This document shows positions 11,001-18,994 of a stretch of 64,000 nucleotides of DNA, piece by piece. The DNA lies in IMG/VR virus record IMGVR_UViG_3300033069_000956, positions 3,810 to 67,809 of that record; one strand, 5' to 3'. The notes below the pieces were generated by a model. The model ran no database searches and had not been told where the DNA came from. It was given only the letters and a program-made list of their open reading frames with translations. The position numbers were made by a program, and so were the translations under genes. The stretch's first letter is position 1. The number at the start of each line of letters is the position of its first letter. This DNA is from a virus (lineage: Duplodnaviria > Caudoviricetes).

Positions 11001-13775
11001 GTCGACGGCTGGGTTGGGCGGGCGCTCCAGAACATTGGCCGGAACAAGCGCAGCCTACCCGTGGTCGGCTCGATCTTCGACGCGCGCGTCAAGCTCCAGG
11101 ACAAGATGCTCTCGATCAAGGAAATGATCGAGCAGATCGGCGACGCCGGCGGGAACATCGATGATCTCAACGACACTTACATGCTCGAGCAGTTGTACCA
11201 CGGCAAGGTGTTCGACCAGATCCAGCAGCGCGAGCAGGACCTGCAGGTGCCGTTGCTCGAGGCGCTCAAGGCGGCCTATGACGGGCCGAACAAGGTCACG
11301 CCTGCCGACTTCGAAGACTATCTCTACGCCCGCCACGCGCCGGAGCGGAACGCCTATCTGCGTGCCCGCGGCGCGACGGACCCGAACCCGTCCGGCATGA
11401 GCGACGCCGAGGCGTCCGCCATCCTTGACCGGCTGGCCATTGACGGCAAGCTCCCCGACGTCGAAGCCCTGGCCGCCATGGCGGACGCCATCACGGCGGA
11501 CACCACGCGCACCCGTGTCGAAGCCGGGCTGATCAGCGAAGAAGCCGCCGCGTCGAGCCCCTACCAGTACTACGTGCCGCTGCGCGGTTTCGCCGAAGAG
11601 GACCTCGATCCGGGTAACCCAAGCGAGAACCAGACCCGGGCCCGCTCCGGCAAGGGCTTCTCGGTCGGGGGCCGCGAAGACCGTACCGTTACCGGCCGTG
11701 GCCGCAAGGCAGGCGACGTGCTTGGGCACCTGTTCCTGCAGAACACCGAAGCGGTGATCCGCGCGCAGAAGAACGAAGTGGCGATGAGCTTCATGCGGCT
11801 CTTGCAGCAGAATGAAAACCTTGGCTTCGGGTCGATCCTCAAGACCGCGCCGACCCGCCGTGTCGTCGGCGCCAACGGCATGATCCACGAGGCGGGCGAT
11901 CCCTCGTACCGGCAGTCGCCGGACATTGTCACGGCCAAGTGGAAGGGCAAGGAAGTCATCGCGCGCGTCAGCGACCCCCGTCTGGCGCGCGCCATCAAGT
12001 CCGACTACATTTCGTCGTCGAGTGACCTTGTCGCCGCGCTGAACGAGATGACGCGCAAGCTGAAATTCCCCGCCGCGTGGAACCGTATTCAAGCAGCGGT
12101 CAACACTGGTTGGAACCCGATCTTCTTGCTCACCAACTTCATCCGCGATTTTCAAACCGCGAGTATTCTGGCCGAGCAATACGGCATCCAAGACCTAGGC
12201 AAGAACATCCGTGGTAACGCCTTCAAGGCGATGGGCGGCATCAAAGAAGTGCTGCGCGAGGGCACGGAGAATAGCGAATGGGCGCAGGCTTTCCGTGAGA
12301 TGCAGAGGGCGGGGGGAACGACGGAGTTTCTCGGCATCAATGATCTTGAAGCGCAAATCGAGCGTATTCGCAAATCGGTTACCAGCGCCGGAGTAAGCCC
12401 TACGCTCCGACAGGTGCAGAATTATCTCGGCCACGTCGGCAAGTTCGTCGGTGACTATAACAAAATAGCCGAGAACGCCTTTCGCTTGGCGGCCTACAAG
12501 GCCGCCAAGGACTCTGGCGCGTCCACCTCGCAGGCAGCATTCCTCGCCAAGAACCTGACCGTGAACTTCAACAAGGGCGGCGAGCTTAAGCCGTTCATGA
12601 ACGGTTGGTGGCTGTTCTACAACGCTTCCACGCAAGGTAGCGCGGTGCTGCTAAACGGCATCAAGAACAAGCGTGTCCGCCGGATAATGTACGCCGTCAC
12701 TGCTGGCGGGGTGGCAATGGATATCATAAATCGGGCGCTGTCAGGTGATGATGACGAGAACGGCGTCACCGACTATGATGACGTGCCAGATCACGTCCTC
12801 CAGAACAACTTCGTGATGATGGACTGGCTTGGCCTGCTGCCGAAGTCGAAGACCGGCGGTATGAGCTACTTCTCATTCCCGATGCCTTACGGTTTCAATG
12901 CCTTCTACAATACCGGCCGGAACATGAGCGCCGCGGTCTCCGGGTCTCCAGCCTTCGGCGCCACGATTCCAGAGCGCATTGCTAACCGTAGCCTCGACAG
13001 CATGCTCGCGTTCGCCGACGCTTTCAACCCACTCGGCGGGGTGCAAGACGTTCTGAATTTTATCGCGCCGACGATTGCCGATCCGTTCGTGGACCTGCGC
13101 ATCACGAACAAAGATTTCTCTGGGGCTACGATTGTACCGGAACGGCCGAGCTTCGGCGTACCCGTGCCTGATAGCCAAAAGTACTGGTCTAATACCGGCG
13201 ACATTCCGGTGTGGGTGGCCGAGCATTTGAACCGCCTTACCGGTGGTAACGAGGTGCGTAAAGGTTGGATGGACGTGTCACCGGAAACGCTGCAGTATGG
13301 TTTCGATTATGTGCTGGGTGGCGTCGGGCGGCTCACCGGTAAGGCTTACGACGTCGGGGCTAAAGTGGTAGCTGGCGACACAGAGGACCTGGAGATCAGT
13401 GCCATTCCGCTGGCTAATCGGTTTGCGGGGTCGGTCAGTAGCCGAAACAACACCGAGCGTTACTACGATATAGCCAAAGAAGTGGAGACGATCAAAGAAG
13501 AACTAAAAATGTTCTCAGAGACCGGGCGCATCGACGAAGCGCGCTACACGGCGGCGCAGAACCCGGTCGAGGTCAGCCTCATCGGTATGTTCGAGGACGC
13601 CCAAAAAGCGCTCGGCGAATTGCGTAAAAAGCGCAAGGAGGTCGAGGCGCTCGACACAATGCCCGACAAGCAGAAGCGAGAGATCGTGCGCCAGATCAAG
13701 GCTCAGCAGGACGAGATAATGCGCCGAGCTAACACGATATATTTCCAGCAGAAAAAGGCTATGATAGAAAGGTAG
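5079..13775 (+). CDS. Large polyvalent virion/ejection protein (metallopeptidase HExxH, two ART-PolyVal-like domains, LPD38-like C-terminus)
   Basis: 2898 aa; HELIH at 7725-7739 plus EEAIAEAF; YHGT...GTGEGAQAYGYGLYF (~9084) and FHGS...GAGFYFT...FLSIQNP...GYDGV (~10440); NLTVNFNKGG...LFYNAS..G...PYGF C-terminal domain. Confidence 0.8.
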   Translation: MAMTLADVRAKYPQYKDVDDQALADAIYNKHYAGKDRREFDARVGLKPYQNFGEAIGTAVGNIPAGVERSKYLLGEMIADTASQAIDPRQQMGFTPPLKVEPGAPVADLLAQPAAMEIPAAGPGNLLPKDMQRALGRKAAEVSLSQQLRRAAPDAALQANALDVAPGSLEEGVAGGVAGAVEMAAPMAASILVRNPAPLVTYFTARTAGDTYGTAKETGAPYNQAIAGAALNAAAEAATEALAGKVFLDGGKTLVGSVLKGVGTEALTEGATEALQALVDSGVLGVDMTLTDALNRVKTATIAGGIAGGIVSPITHVARGPGEPEVSPAMVTAPEPEPDAPIEDRVALPGPQTMLALPSPEQFKAPELPRRQPAPPRREEPKPPTEDEIDYQSRVALQRTRQQETAELLQTARETITPLGTFDIKDVDTLAAPAPETRTQNGQVQVKHGRNGKWHNATMTPDGQIVSPGADADMRAEQQSIAQRIRAHRVRTGRPVEAPITIEEMARAKVPQRQIDAVIAARRPMTNGGALTALDIMRTADAKNIIPTDSNFAELALRTTGQRNVQRMTQAQLNALKTTLDAMPAHATPVTVPLAEQSPFTDEMYGKAVDAIRQQGRYTAAAIKDATGLKTVKDVDAVRDAMVRRGQLIERGKGDYRLYDTLGVERQTVPEDLPPGAFKEYTMRRVPVSKVRVTRDGKSAGTFSSAAEARAEVSKIRAKDKAAGVKIEPAEETAWGVMENRYDEQGNLLGSVVVDSHRDEVAAQKALEQLNAPPDTGARYTQTAVAPNLSTDPAAPARPRAPMPAPFAGRLPEIVKRLNAQARERKLPLLGVRVQIKPNLTAPEGEAVEGFYLRKLISLTAQNLTPEMSTDQIVEKLGQVMDHELIHALRAADVLGPETDGWKTIVRYAKRAKRPGSTESYLDWARRNYANVPGYETNDSIEEEAIAEAFRAWASNRRNVTGKPATVFRQLVEWFKRLINTVPQEAFMAIESGQMVLDALRPPGGDLPRAKATRQMEAAATGVSEAQQAKDENLVRVRSREYLRAREQARDDRFGRSGPKTVLGTTPSKTYNVGEVGDVALARSFADTYRQQNGVSGERPMTLLPVDANYMKRVADAQAKGQHSPGDPAVAKAYRALIDETRHMFQALGPIEVTAWDGNGAPYASPAAMLGDIAAGKLTLRLSDEMFGPGADNPGHPLNTASGLKTTDDRVLTNNDLLRIVHDVYGHGQSGFRDDARGAYNAYHEHARLLSPEARQALATETLGQRAWQEFGQHLRRRDGTVPRETDVDYLPPNQKEFAEQKAFLIDEDLISADPGWAMAEKASGVEETPRFMVGYHGTPHKVDRFSKDKIGTGEGAQAYGYGLYFTSKKEVADHYRQALSYKSTVKEFRDALPDDADFDEVMDLIGTGRFTPYQERLLKALNADGWLGFDYPSQAISAAYSKNVANWDPSQELLDAVAGTGNLYKVDLPEDNELMNWNATLGAQPTGVRAKLESFGLDMGQLAADLFEGDAADLTGEMIYEAIAAQVAPSADGSGNPAAASAALAAAGIPGHTYTGKDSGAKNYVIYDDSRIQILEENPKFSRFDEDLPGGRLYGNPDRSPGGALSKPDTPTPAFTNARPANRFFGGEMAEHQLQMVRTGERGATMIYLNPEDYLALADTPENPEQGTFDAAIAQGFKFSTLPSLVIDGYAGNVRAVAADGAYAGRALAAGGDAIPVVLYPKKGESLGLVTALEAPDGSRVPWPRDGRQENFPEVRGPRYSVGSEEFRRWFGNSAVVNADGSPKVVFHGSPTRFTAFDKSKIGTSTDTGDIGAGFYFTPNFMHAQVYGADEDGVQRSENVARVFLSIQNPLREFTPDFMAAVDQRVGAQQMPAETNSWTSVGSSPEGFAAQARSQAITAEALARGYDGVWMNNPRFGYEELVAFEPAQIKSAVNNNGQYDATNPDIRYSINAPFGERVPDTEPGPMRNIVRQRVDGWVGRALQNIGRNKRSLPVVGSIFDARVKLQDKMLSIKEMIEQIGDAGGNIDDLNDTYMLEQLYHGKVFDQIQQREQDLQVPLLEALKAAYDGPNKVTPADFEDYLYARHAPERNAYLRARGATDPNPSGMSDAEASAILDRLAIDGKLPDVEALAAMADAITADTTRTRVEAGLISEEAAASSPYQYYVPLRGFAEEDLDPGNPSENQTRARSGKGFSVGGREDRTVTGRGRKAGDVLGHLFLQNTEAVIRAQKNEVAMSFMRLLQQNENLGFGSILKTAPTRRVVGANGMIHEAGDPSYRQSPDIVTAKWKGKEVIARVSDPRLARAIKSDYISSSSDLVAALNEMTRKLKFPAAWNRIQAAVNTGWNPIFLLTNFIRDFQTASILAEQYGIQDLGKNIRGNAFKAMGGIKEVLREGTENSEWAQAFREMQRAGGTTEFLGINDLEAQIERIRKSVTSAGVSPTLRQVQNYLGHVGKFVGDYNKIAENAFRLAAYKAAKDSGASTSQAAFLAKNLTVNFNKGGELKPFMNGWWLFYNASTQGSAVLLNGIKNKRVRRIMYAVTAGGVAMDIINRALSGDDDENGVTDYDDVPDHVLQNNFVMMDWLGLLPKSKTGGMSYFSFPMPYGFNAFYNTGRNMSAAVSGSPAFGATIPERIANRSLDSMLAFADAFNPLGGVQDVLNFIAPTIADPFVDLRITNKDFSGATIVPERPSFGVPVPDSQKYWSNTGDIPVWVAEHLNRLTGGNEVRKGWMDVSPETLQYGFDYVLGGVGRLTGKAYDVGAKVVAGDTEDLEISAIPLANRFAGSVSSRNNTERYYDIAKEVETIKEELKMFSETGRIDEARYTAAQNPVEVSLIGMFEDAQKALGELRKKRKEVEALDTMPDKQKREIVRQIKAQQDEIMRRANTIYFQQKKAMIER

Positions 13776-13806
13776 GGCCGGGAGCGTTGACGCGCTCAAC
13801 CGGCCC
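13776..13806 (+). other. GC-rich hairpin between giant gene and HNH gene
   Basis: GGCCGG-GAGCG...GCTC-AA-CCGGCC inverted repeat. Confidence 0.4.
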
Positions 13807-13832
13807 TGACATCAAAGCCGGGAAGGGCTCCG

Positions 13833-14339
13833 ATGAACATCAATGACGTACCACATCGTGGGGATTTTGCACGCGTTCTCTCTGCGTTGAAACGACGGCT
13901 CGTAGTAAACGCTGTGACCGGGTGCCATGAATGGACCGGACGGATGAAGGCCGGGGGCTACGGGGTGTACGTTCTCGATGGCCGCCAGCTATTAACCCAC
14001 CGACTTATGTACGTCGCTTATGTTGGCGGCATCCCTAACGATCCAGTCACCGGGGCGCCGCTTCTTGTCCTGCACGAATGCGATAACCCGCCGTGCTGCA
14101 ACCCAGCCCACCTGTTTCTGGGCACGCATAAGGACAACCACGACGACATGCTGGCTAAAGGTCGGCGGGCGCTGATGAAGGGTATCGCCAATGGCCGAGC
14201 AGTGCTGACCGAGGATGACGTTCGGGCTATCTTTAACGACCCTCGGAGCGCGCCTACTCTCGGAGACATCTATGGCGTAACGCCGGGCGCCATCCTGCAT
14301 ATCAAGCACCGACGTACATGGTCCCACTTGAACCTGTGA
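13833..14339 (+). CDS. Free-standing HNH homing endonuclease
   Basis: CHEWTG...GYG...LTHRLMY...VLHECDNPPCCNPAHLFLGTHKDNHDD, followed by C-terminal HTH. Confidence 0.88.
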   Translation: MNINDVPHRGDFARVLSALKRRLVVNAVTGCHEWTGRMKAGGYGVYVLDGRQLLTHRLMYVAYVGGIPNDPVTGAPLLVLHECDNPPCCNPAHLFLGTHKDNHDDMLAKGRRALMKGIANGRAVLTEDDVRAIFNDPRSAPTLGDIYGVTPGAILHIKHRRTWSHLNL

Positions 14340-14345
14340 CCCGGG

Positions 14346-14528
14346 ATGTTCGAGGATGCTCAGAAGTCGCTGCAGGATCTGCGCAAGCAGCTCAAGGAAG
14401 TGCGCGCCAACGAACAACTGCCGGCCGCGCAGAAACGTGAGATCGAGACGCGCATCAAGGAACAGCAGGACACGATAATGGCGCGCGTCAACACAATCTA
14501 TTTCGCGCAGAAGAAAGGCGCCCCCTAA
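14346..14528 (+). pseudogene. Orphan second copy of the C-terminal ~60 codons of the giant polyvalent gene
   Basis: MFEDAQKSLQDLRKQLKEV... matches residues encoded at 13587-13775 at 37/60 positions. Confidence 0.75.
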
Positions 14529-14959
14529 GGGTAGGCCGTCGTCACGGTTATGAACCACGGGTGGCAGCGGTGGAGGAAGCGTAGGCGTAGCCCGTCGACC
14601 TTCTCGTCACCGACGAACCACAGCCGGGATACCTGGGTGCCCGTGCCCTTGGTTACGAGGTTATCGACTGACCCGATGACAGGCTCGAAGTCGATCGGGA
14701 CGCCCTTGCGGTCCATGGAGAGGCCGAGGATTTCGCAGTCGCGGTTCTTGGTGTAGCTCATCCGGACGTGCAGGCCACCCTCTACGGGCGTTTGCTGGAC
14801 GAAGGTCACCTTGGATGTGACCGGCATGACAAAGCCTTCCATGGGTGGCAGCAACGGACCCCAGACGGGCAGCATGGCCAGCGCCAGCAGCGCGATCATG
14901 ACGGGCCAAGTCCAGGTGATATCGACGGCCAGCTTAGCTCCCGGGGACACGTAGACCAC
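14525..14959 (-). CDS. Membrane-anchored hypothetical protein in lysis cassette
   Basis: N-terminal hydrophobic helix WPVMIALLALAMLPVWGPLL; overlaps upstream gene. Confidence 0.55.
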   Translation of the reverse strand: MVYVSPGAKLAVDITWTWPVMIALLALAMLPVWGPLLPPMEGFVMPVTSKVTFVQQTPVEGGLHVRMSYTKNRDCEILGLSMDRKGVPIDFEPVIGSVDNLVTKGTGTQVSRLWFVGDEKVDGLRLRFLHRCHPWFITVTTAYP

Positions 14960-15170
14960 CTCCTACCACAAAAGCGACAAAGGCCAGCCCAATGCCGCTG
15001 ACCAATAGCCAGGTCAGCCGCGACAGGATGGTCTCTATCTTGTCGAGGCGCATGTGCGTGCTCTTCATACCTTCTTCGCGGGCGGCCAGGCTCAGCCGTA
15101 TGTTGACCACGTCATCTGCCAACTCTTCCACCCTACGGGACAGTCGATCGTAATCTGTTAACGGAGGCAT
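14934..15170 (-). CDS. Small coiled-coil + C-terminal TM protein (XhlA-like/holin candidate)
   Basis: 78 aa, coiled-coil then LTWLLVSGIGLAFVAFVV; in lysis cluster. Confidence 0.5.
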   Translation of the reverse strand: MPPLTDYDRLSRRVEELADDVVNIRLSLAAREEGMKSTHMRLDKIETILSRLTWLLVSGIGLAFVAFVVGGGLRVPGS

Positions 15171-15259
15171 GTGCTGCTCTGCTCATGTTAGCTCAACGGG
15201 AATGGGCACGATCAGGTTGCAGCGCGGCATAGCTATGGACGGGCGCAGTCCGTCCGGGT

Positions 15260-15478
15260 TCAGCACGTCGCCTTGTAGACGGCGTTATTGGCCTTTGTGG
15301 CAAAAATAGTCTCGTCGGTGTCTTTCTCCGACCAGCGCACCGGGACGTAGGCCCCCGGCGTGGTCTCGGTGCCGCAGTAAAAGGCACGGATTCCCTCGGT
15401 ACCGGTTCGGTTGGTCGCGCACCCGGCCAGAAGCAGGCACAGGGCCGCGACACTAATCGCGTTTGAAACCGTCGTCAT
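15260..15478 (-). CDS. o-spanin-like lipoprotein (Rz1-like)
   Basis: MTTVSNAISVAALCLLLAG|C lipobox; overlaps 3' end of the i-spanin candidate. Confidence 0.7.
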   Translation of the reverse strand: MTTVSNAISVAALCLLLAGCATNRTGTEGIRAFYCGTETTPGAYVPVRWSEKDTDETIFATKANNAVYKATC

Positions 15479-15794
15479 CGCGCAGATCCTCCGGATGTTC
15501 GCGTTGTTTGCGCTCGGCCTCGGCGCGGGCTTTCGTGGCCTTGGCAATGAGTTGGTCGGCGGCGCGCATGTCCGCCGCGATCTTGTCCTGCCAGCCTTTC
15601 TGGCGGGCCCGCGACAACAGCGCCCCGGCTCCGACAACGGCAAAGGCGGGCACGACGAAGGGGCGCACGCGCTCCCAACCAAAGACCTTGACGGCCAGCA
15701 GGAACAGCCCGGCCAGTGTCGTGGCCGCAATGGCGAGCTGCGCCCACCACGGCAGCATGTAGACCAGAACATCCCAAAGGCTGTAGCCGAACAT
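15453..15794 (-). CDS. i-spanin-like membrane protein (Rz-like)
   Basis: TGATG coupling to endolysin; N-terminal TM segments then charged helical tail. Confidence 0.62.
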   Translation of the reverse strand: MFGYSLWDVLVYMLPWWAQLAIAATTLAGLFLLAVKVFGWERVRPFVVPAFAVVGAGALLSRARQKGWQDKIAADMRAADQLIAKATKARAEAERKQREHPEDLRDDDGFKRD

Positions 15795-16624
15795 CACGAA
15801 GTGGCCCGGATGCGCCGGAAGGCGTAATAGCCGCCGAGCCCGATGACGACGATGATGGCCAAGGCAATGGCCAGCCGGATCGGGTCGAGCCCGGAAGTGA
15901 TCACCGTCCCGGCGCCAGTGGCGACCGCGCCGCCAGCGGGCAGCAGCACATCGGGCTTGAGCCACGCATCGACCGCGCCGGGTTCAGCCTTGGCTGCGAC
16001 CTGGGCGTCGAGGACGGTTGACATGTCAGGAGTGGCCGCGACCTTGCGCACCGGCTGCTTGGCGGCCATGGCCAGGGCGTTACCGATAACGCCGGGTTGA
16101 TCGGGCCATTGGCCCTTGGGGTCCTTGCCGGTGACGCGGATGGTCCAGCCGCGACCATTGGCCGAGAAGCCCTGCGCACCCTTGAGCGCCTGCAGGAATT
16201 TCATGCGGGCGGCGCAGTAGTCGGCGATCAGTTTGCGCACCCCGCCAGGATAGGCATCGACGGCGGCCATCGTCGTCTCGCCGAGCCAGCCATCCTGCTT
16301 GGCCCCGAGGACTTTCTGCAATGTCTTGACGGCGCGTTGCGGGCCGGAGTTCACACCAAAATCGAAGGCCGCGTAATCGAGGCCGAGCGGCAGAACGTCG
16401 CCGCCCGACGGGCCCCAGTAACTCTTGCGGTAGATGTCTTCGGCTTCGCGGATGGTCAGCGCCTTGACCTGCGCGGCGGTGACGGAAGGGACGCCCCGAT
16501 GCTTGGCCAGGGTCTTGTGGGTGATCCCGTATTTGGTTGGGCCACCCCGGTCAGTCCTGGCGTTCACATAGCCGCCTTCATGACCAAACATCAGTTCAAG
16601 GCTGTCGTCCAGGTTCTCGCGCAC
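15794..16624 (-). CDS. Endolysin, glycoside hydrolase family 108 with C-terminal hydrophobic tail
   Basis: GHEGGYVNARTDRGGPTKYGIT, AAFDFGVNSGPQRA, GRGWTIRV motifs; GTG start with GAGGA. Confidence 0.9.
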   Translation of the reverse strand: MRENLDDSLELMFGHEGGYVNARTDRGGPTKYGITHKTLAKHRGVPSVTAAQVKALTIREAEDIYRKSYWGPSGGDVLPLGLDYAAFDFGVNSGPQRAVKTLQKVLGAKQDGWLGETTMAAVDAYPGGVRKLIADYCAARMKFLQALKGAQGFSANGRGWTIRVTGKDPKGQWPDQPGVIGNALAMAAKQPVRKVAATPDMSTVLDAQVAAKAEPGAVDAWLKPDVLLPAGGAVATGAGTVITSGLDPIRLAIALAIIVVIGLGGYYAFRRIRATS

Positions 16625-16642
16625 GCGGTGTCCTCACAGTGC

Positions 16643-18994
16643 TTATCGCCTCTGGAACTGCACCACCTGGCCTGTCGGCCGTACTGGTCTGACCAGCGGT
16701 CCGTTCCTGTCGATTTCATTTAACATTTTCTCGGGGTCGCTGACAACCTCGACGGGTGGACGCCCGACAGCGCGGGCGACGCGGAGCTTGCCGTCAATTT
16801 CAACGCGGTCCGGAATGGTGGTGATGGTGCGCGTGGCGCGCATGAACATGCGCCCCACAATCTGCGCCCAATCGTCGGGGACATCGGTGGCCACCCGGAG
16901 CATCATGTCTTCGATGACCATGACCACCTGCTCCTTGACCAGCACGGTGTCCTTGAACTGGCGCATGGCTTCGCCGAACAGGCGATCCAGCTCCGACGCG
17001 CCGGCGTCCACCATGTCGGCCTTGGCGGCGGTCATGGGCGGCGGTGCGTAAGGGCTATAGCCGGACAGGTCGACCTTGAGCAGTTCATTGACGAAGGCCC
17101 CGATGTTGGCCGGGTTGGTCTTCCATGTGTGAAAGACATCCCAGTACGCCTGCGGCATGGGCGAGCCGTTCTCAAGGATGGCGAGGCGCCGGTCTTCACG
17201 CGGCAGGACGACCGAGTCCATGTGGTTGGTCATCACCAGGATCGAACAGAACGACCGGCCCCGGGTATTCTTGGCACCCTTGCGCAGGATGTGCATGTGC
17301 GTTTCGCCCGGCTCGATCACTTCCTTGAGCCGTTCGTAAGCGTTCGAGCGCACCTGCCATTTCGAGGTATTCGGCGCGGGCTCCTGCGCTTCGTTGACGA
17401 CGGCGATCAGGTTGTCGGCCAGCCATTCGTTGTACTGGCTCTGGTAGGTCGTGCCGGCCAGCGTCTTGAAGTCAATCTCGCCGACCAGTTCGGGGGAGAA
17501 CATAGCCCGGATCAAGGAGACCAGCGAGCCGCGGCCGGTGCCGAAATTGGCGTGCGCCACCATGATGATGCCGGGGCCGCGCGTCGCCGGGTGCTGGTAC
17601 TTGTAGGAGAGCCACTGCATGAAGTACCGGCGCTCGGCCTCCACGGGCAGGAGGTGCTCGATGAAGTCGAGGCCCACCGACGGATCGCCGTTCGTCGGCA
17701 ATGGCGGCAGCGGGCGGTAGGTGTTGATGTGGTGGGCGTCGCCCTCGGTATAGATCGGGGACGGCATGTCCGGGCGCATCTCGGCCGAGACGGCATCGAA
17801 CCGATCCTCGTGCTGCATGAACAATTCCGCCAGGCGCGTCACCCGCAAGCCGCCTTTAGGGCCAGACGATTCCTCGTAATACTTTTGCATCAGGTTATTG
17901 AAGCCCTTGACCGTCATCGGTGTGTTGGGGCGGCGCAGGTCATAGATCATATCGACGCCTTCGATATAGGCGTAGCGCCGCAGGGCCTTGGCGAGATTGA
18001 CGTCGAGCGTGTCGCGGGGGTCGAGGTCGTCAGGGGCGAGCGCTGGGGTGTCGGGTTCCTGTGGCTTCAGGAACCGCTCGGCGAGCAGGGCCCCGAGCCG
18101 GTTGAGCGCGGCGGTGTCGTCGGCGTCCTCGGGGAAGTGCGAGGTGTAGGTGCCGTGATCCGACACGCAGACCCGGTCGTCAACGAGGCTGATCATGCCA
18201 GCCCATGACCCGGTCGTCGGGCGCAGGGCATCGACCTTGCAGCGCAGCACTTCGCCCTGTGGGCTGTGGCGCAGCGCCTCGCCGATCTCTTCGATGGTCA
18301 TCTCGCCCATGTCGTGGACATCAAAGACCATGTCGGGGGTCAGGTCATAGGCGATGGTGTAGCCGTTGTCGGTACCGCCGGCGGGCGACTTGCGCTCGAG
18401 GCCGCGCTGCTCGAAGAACCGGATGGCGAAGTCCTTGACCGCGTCGGCCTGGGCCTTGGTGATCTCGGGCAGGTCCATGTATTGGGCATCGAGCAGCGAG
18501 GTCACCGGCCACTTGTAGGCGGTGTTGGCATCGCGCTGGCCGTAGGCGGCGAACTGGCAACCGTGGCCGAGGATCTCAACGGCGAAGCCCTTGTGGTCCG
18601 CGGGGGCGTCGGGCGGCATGAAGTGCCCGGTGGTGCGCTTGCCGATCTTCTCGGCTGTCCGATAGACCCAAAGCTCGCGCGGCGGCATGCCGATGCGCAC
18701 GAACGGGCTCTCCGGCAGGATGCCCTGCTCGACCACGGCGTCGAGCAGGTCGTTGAGCAGGTCCTTGTCATCTACATCGATGTCTATGGCAATGACGTCA
18801 CCGCAACGGATACCGGTGTCCTGCGACCGGCGGGCGCGGGCCCACTCGGTTGTCTGGATCATCTCGGGCGTGACGTCGACCGTGCTCCACCCGGCGAGCA
18901 GGCACATTTTCGATCTGTTGGGGAGCGGCGTGAAGCCGTTCTCGTAGAGCTTCAGCCGGATAGCGGTGCGGTCGCGGTGGGCGTCGAGTGTCAT
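16643..18994 (-). CDS. Bifunctional primase-polymerase fused to SF3/DUF5906-like helicase
   Basis: ATG 18994 (ATGA coupling); N-terminal GFTPLP...TGIRCGDVIAIDIDV; Walker A-like ANFGTGRGS, VVNEAQ, MTNH. Confidence 0.85.
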   Translation of the reverse strand: MTLDAHRDRTAIRLKLYENGFTPLPNRSKMCLLAGWSTVDVTPEMIQTTEWARARRSQDTGIRCGDVIAIDIDVDDKDLLNDLLDAVVEQGILPESPFVRIGMPPRELWVYRTAEKIGKRTTGHFMPPDAPADHKGFAVEILGHGCQFAAYGQRDANTAYKWPVTSLLDAQYMDLPEITKAQADAVKDFAIRFFEQRGLERKSPAGGTDNGYTIAYDLTPDMVFDVHDMGEMTIEEIGEALRHSPQGEVLRCKVDALRPTTGSWAGMISLVDDRVCVSDHGTYTSHFPEDADDTAALNRLGALLAERFLKPQEPDTPALAPDDLDPRDTLDVNLAKALRRYAYIEGVDMIYDLRRPNTPMTVKGFNNLMQKYYEESSGPKGGLRVTRLAELFMQHEDRFDAVSAEMRPDMPSPIYTEGDAHHINTYRPLPPLPTNGDPSVGLDFIEHLLPVEAERRYFMQWLSYKYQHPATRGPGIIMVAHANFGTGRGSLVSLIRAMFSPELVGEIDFKTLAGTTYQSQYNEWLADNLIAVVNEAQEPAPNTSKWQVRSNAYERLKEVIEPGETHMHILRKGAKNTRGRSFCSILVMTNHMDSVVLPREDRRLAILENGSPMPQAYWDVFHTWKTNPANIGAFVNELLKVDLSGYSPYAPPPMTAAKADMVDAGASELDRLFGEAMRQFKDTVLVKEQVVMVIEDMMLRVATDVPDDWAQIVGRMFMRATRTITTIPDRVEIDGKLRVARAVGRPPVEVVSDPEKMLNEIDRNGPLVRPVRPTGQVVQFQRR

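Noticed and set aside
13586-14345. Group I intron containing the HNH
   Set aside because: The U/G junction bases fit, but I could not identify P3-P7 core elements and the 5' copy is a complete in-frame end with its own stop. Kept only as an alternative hypothesis.
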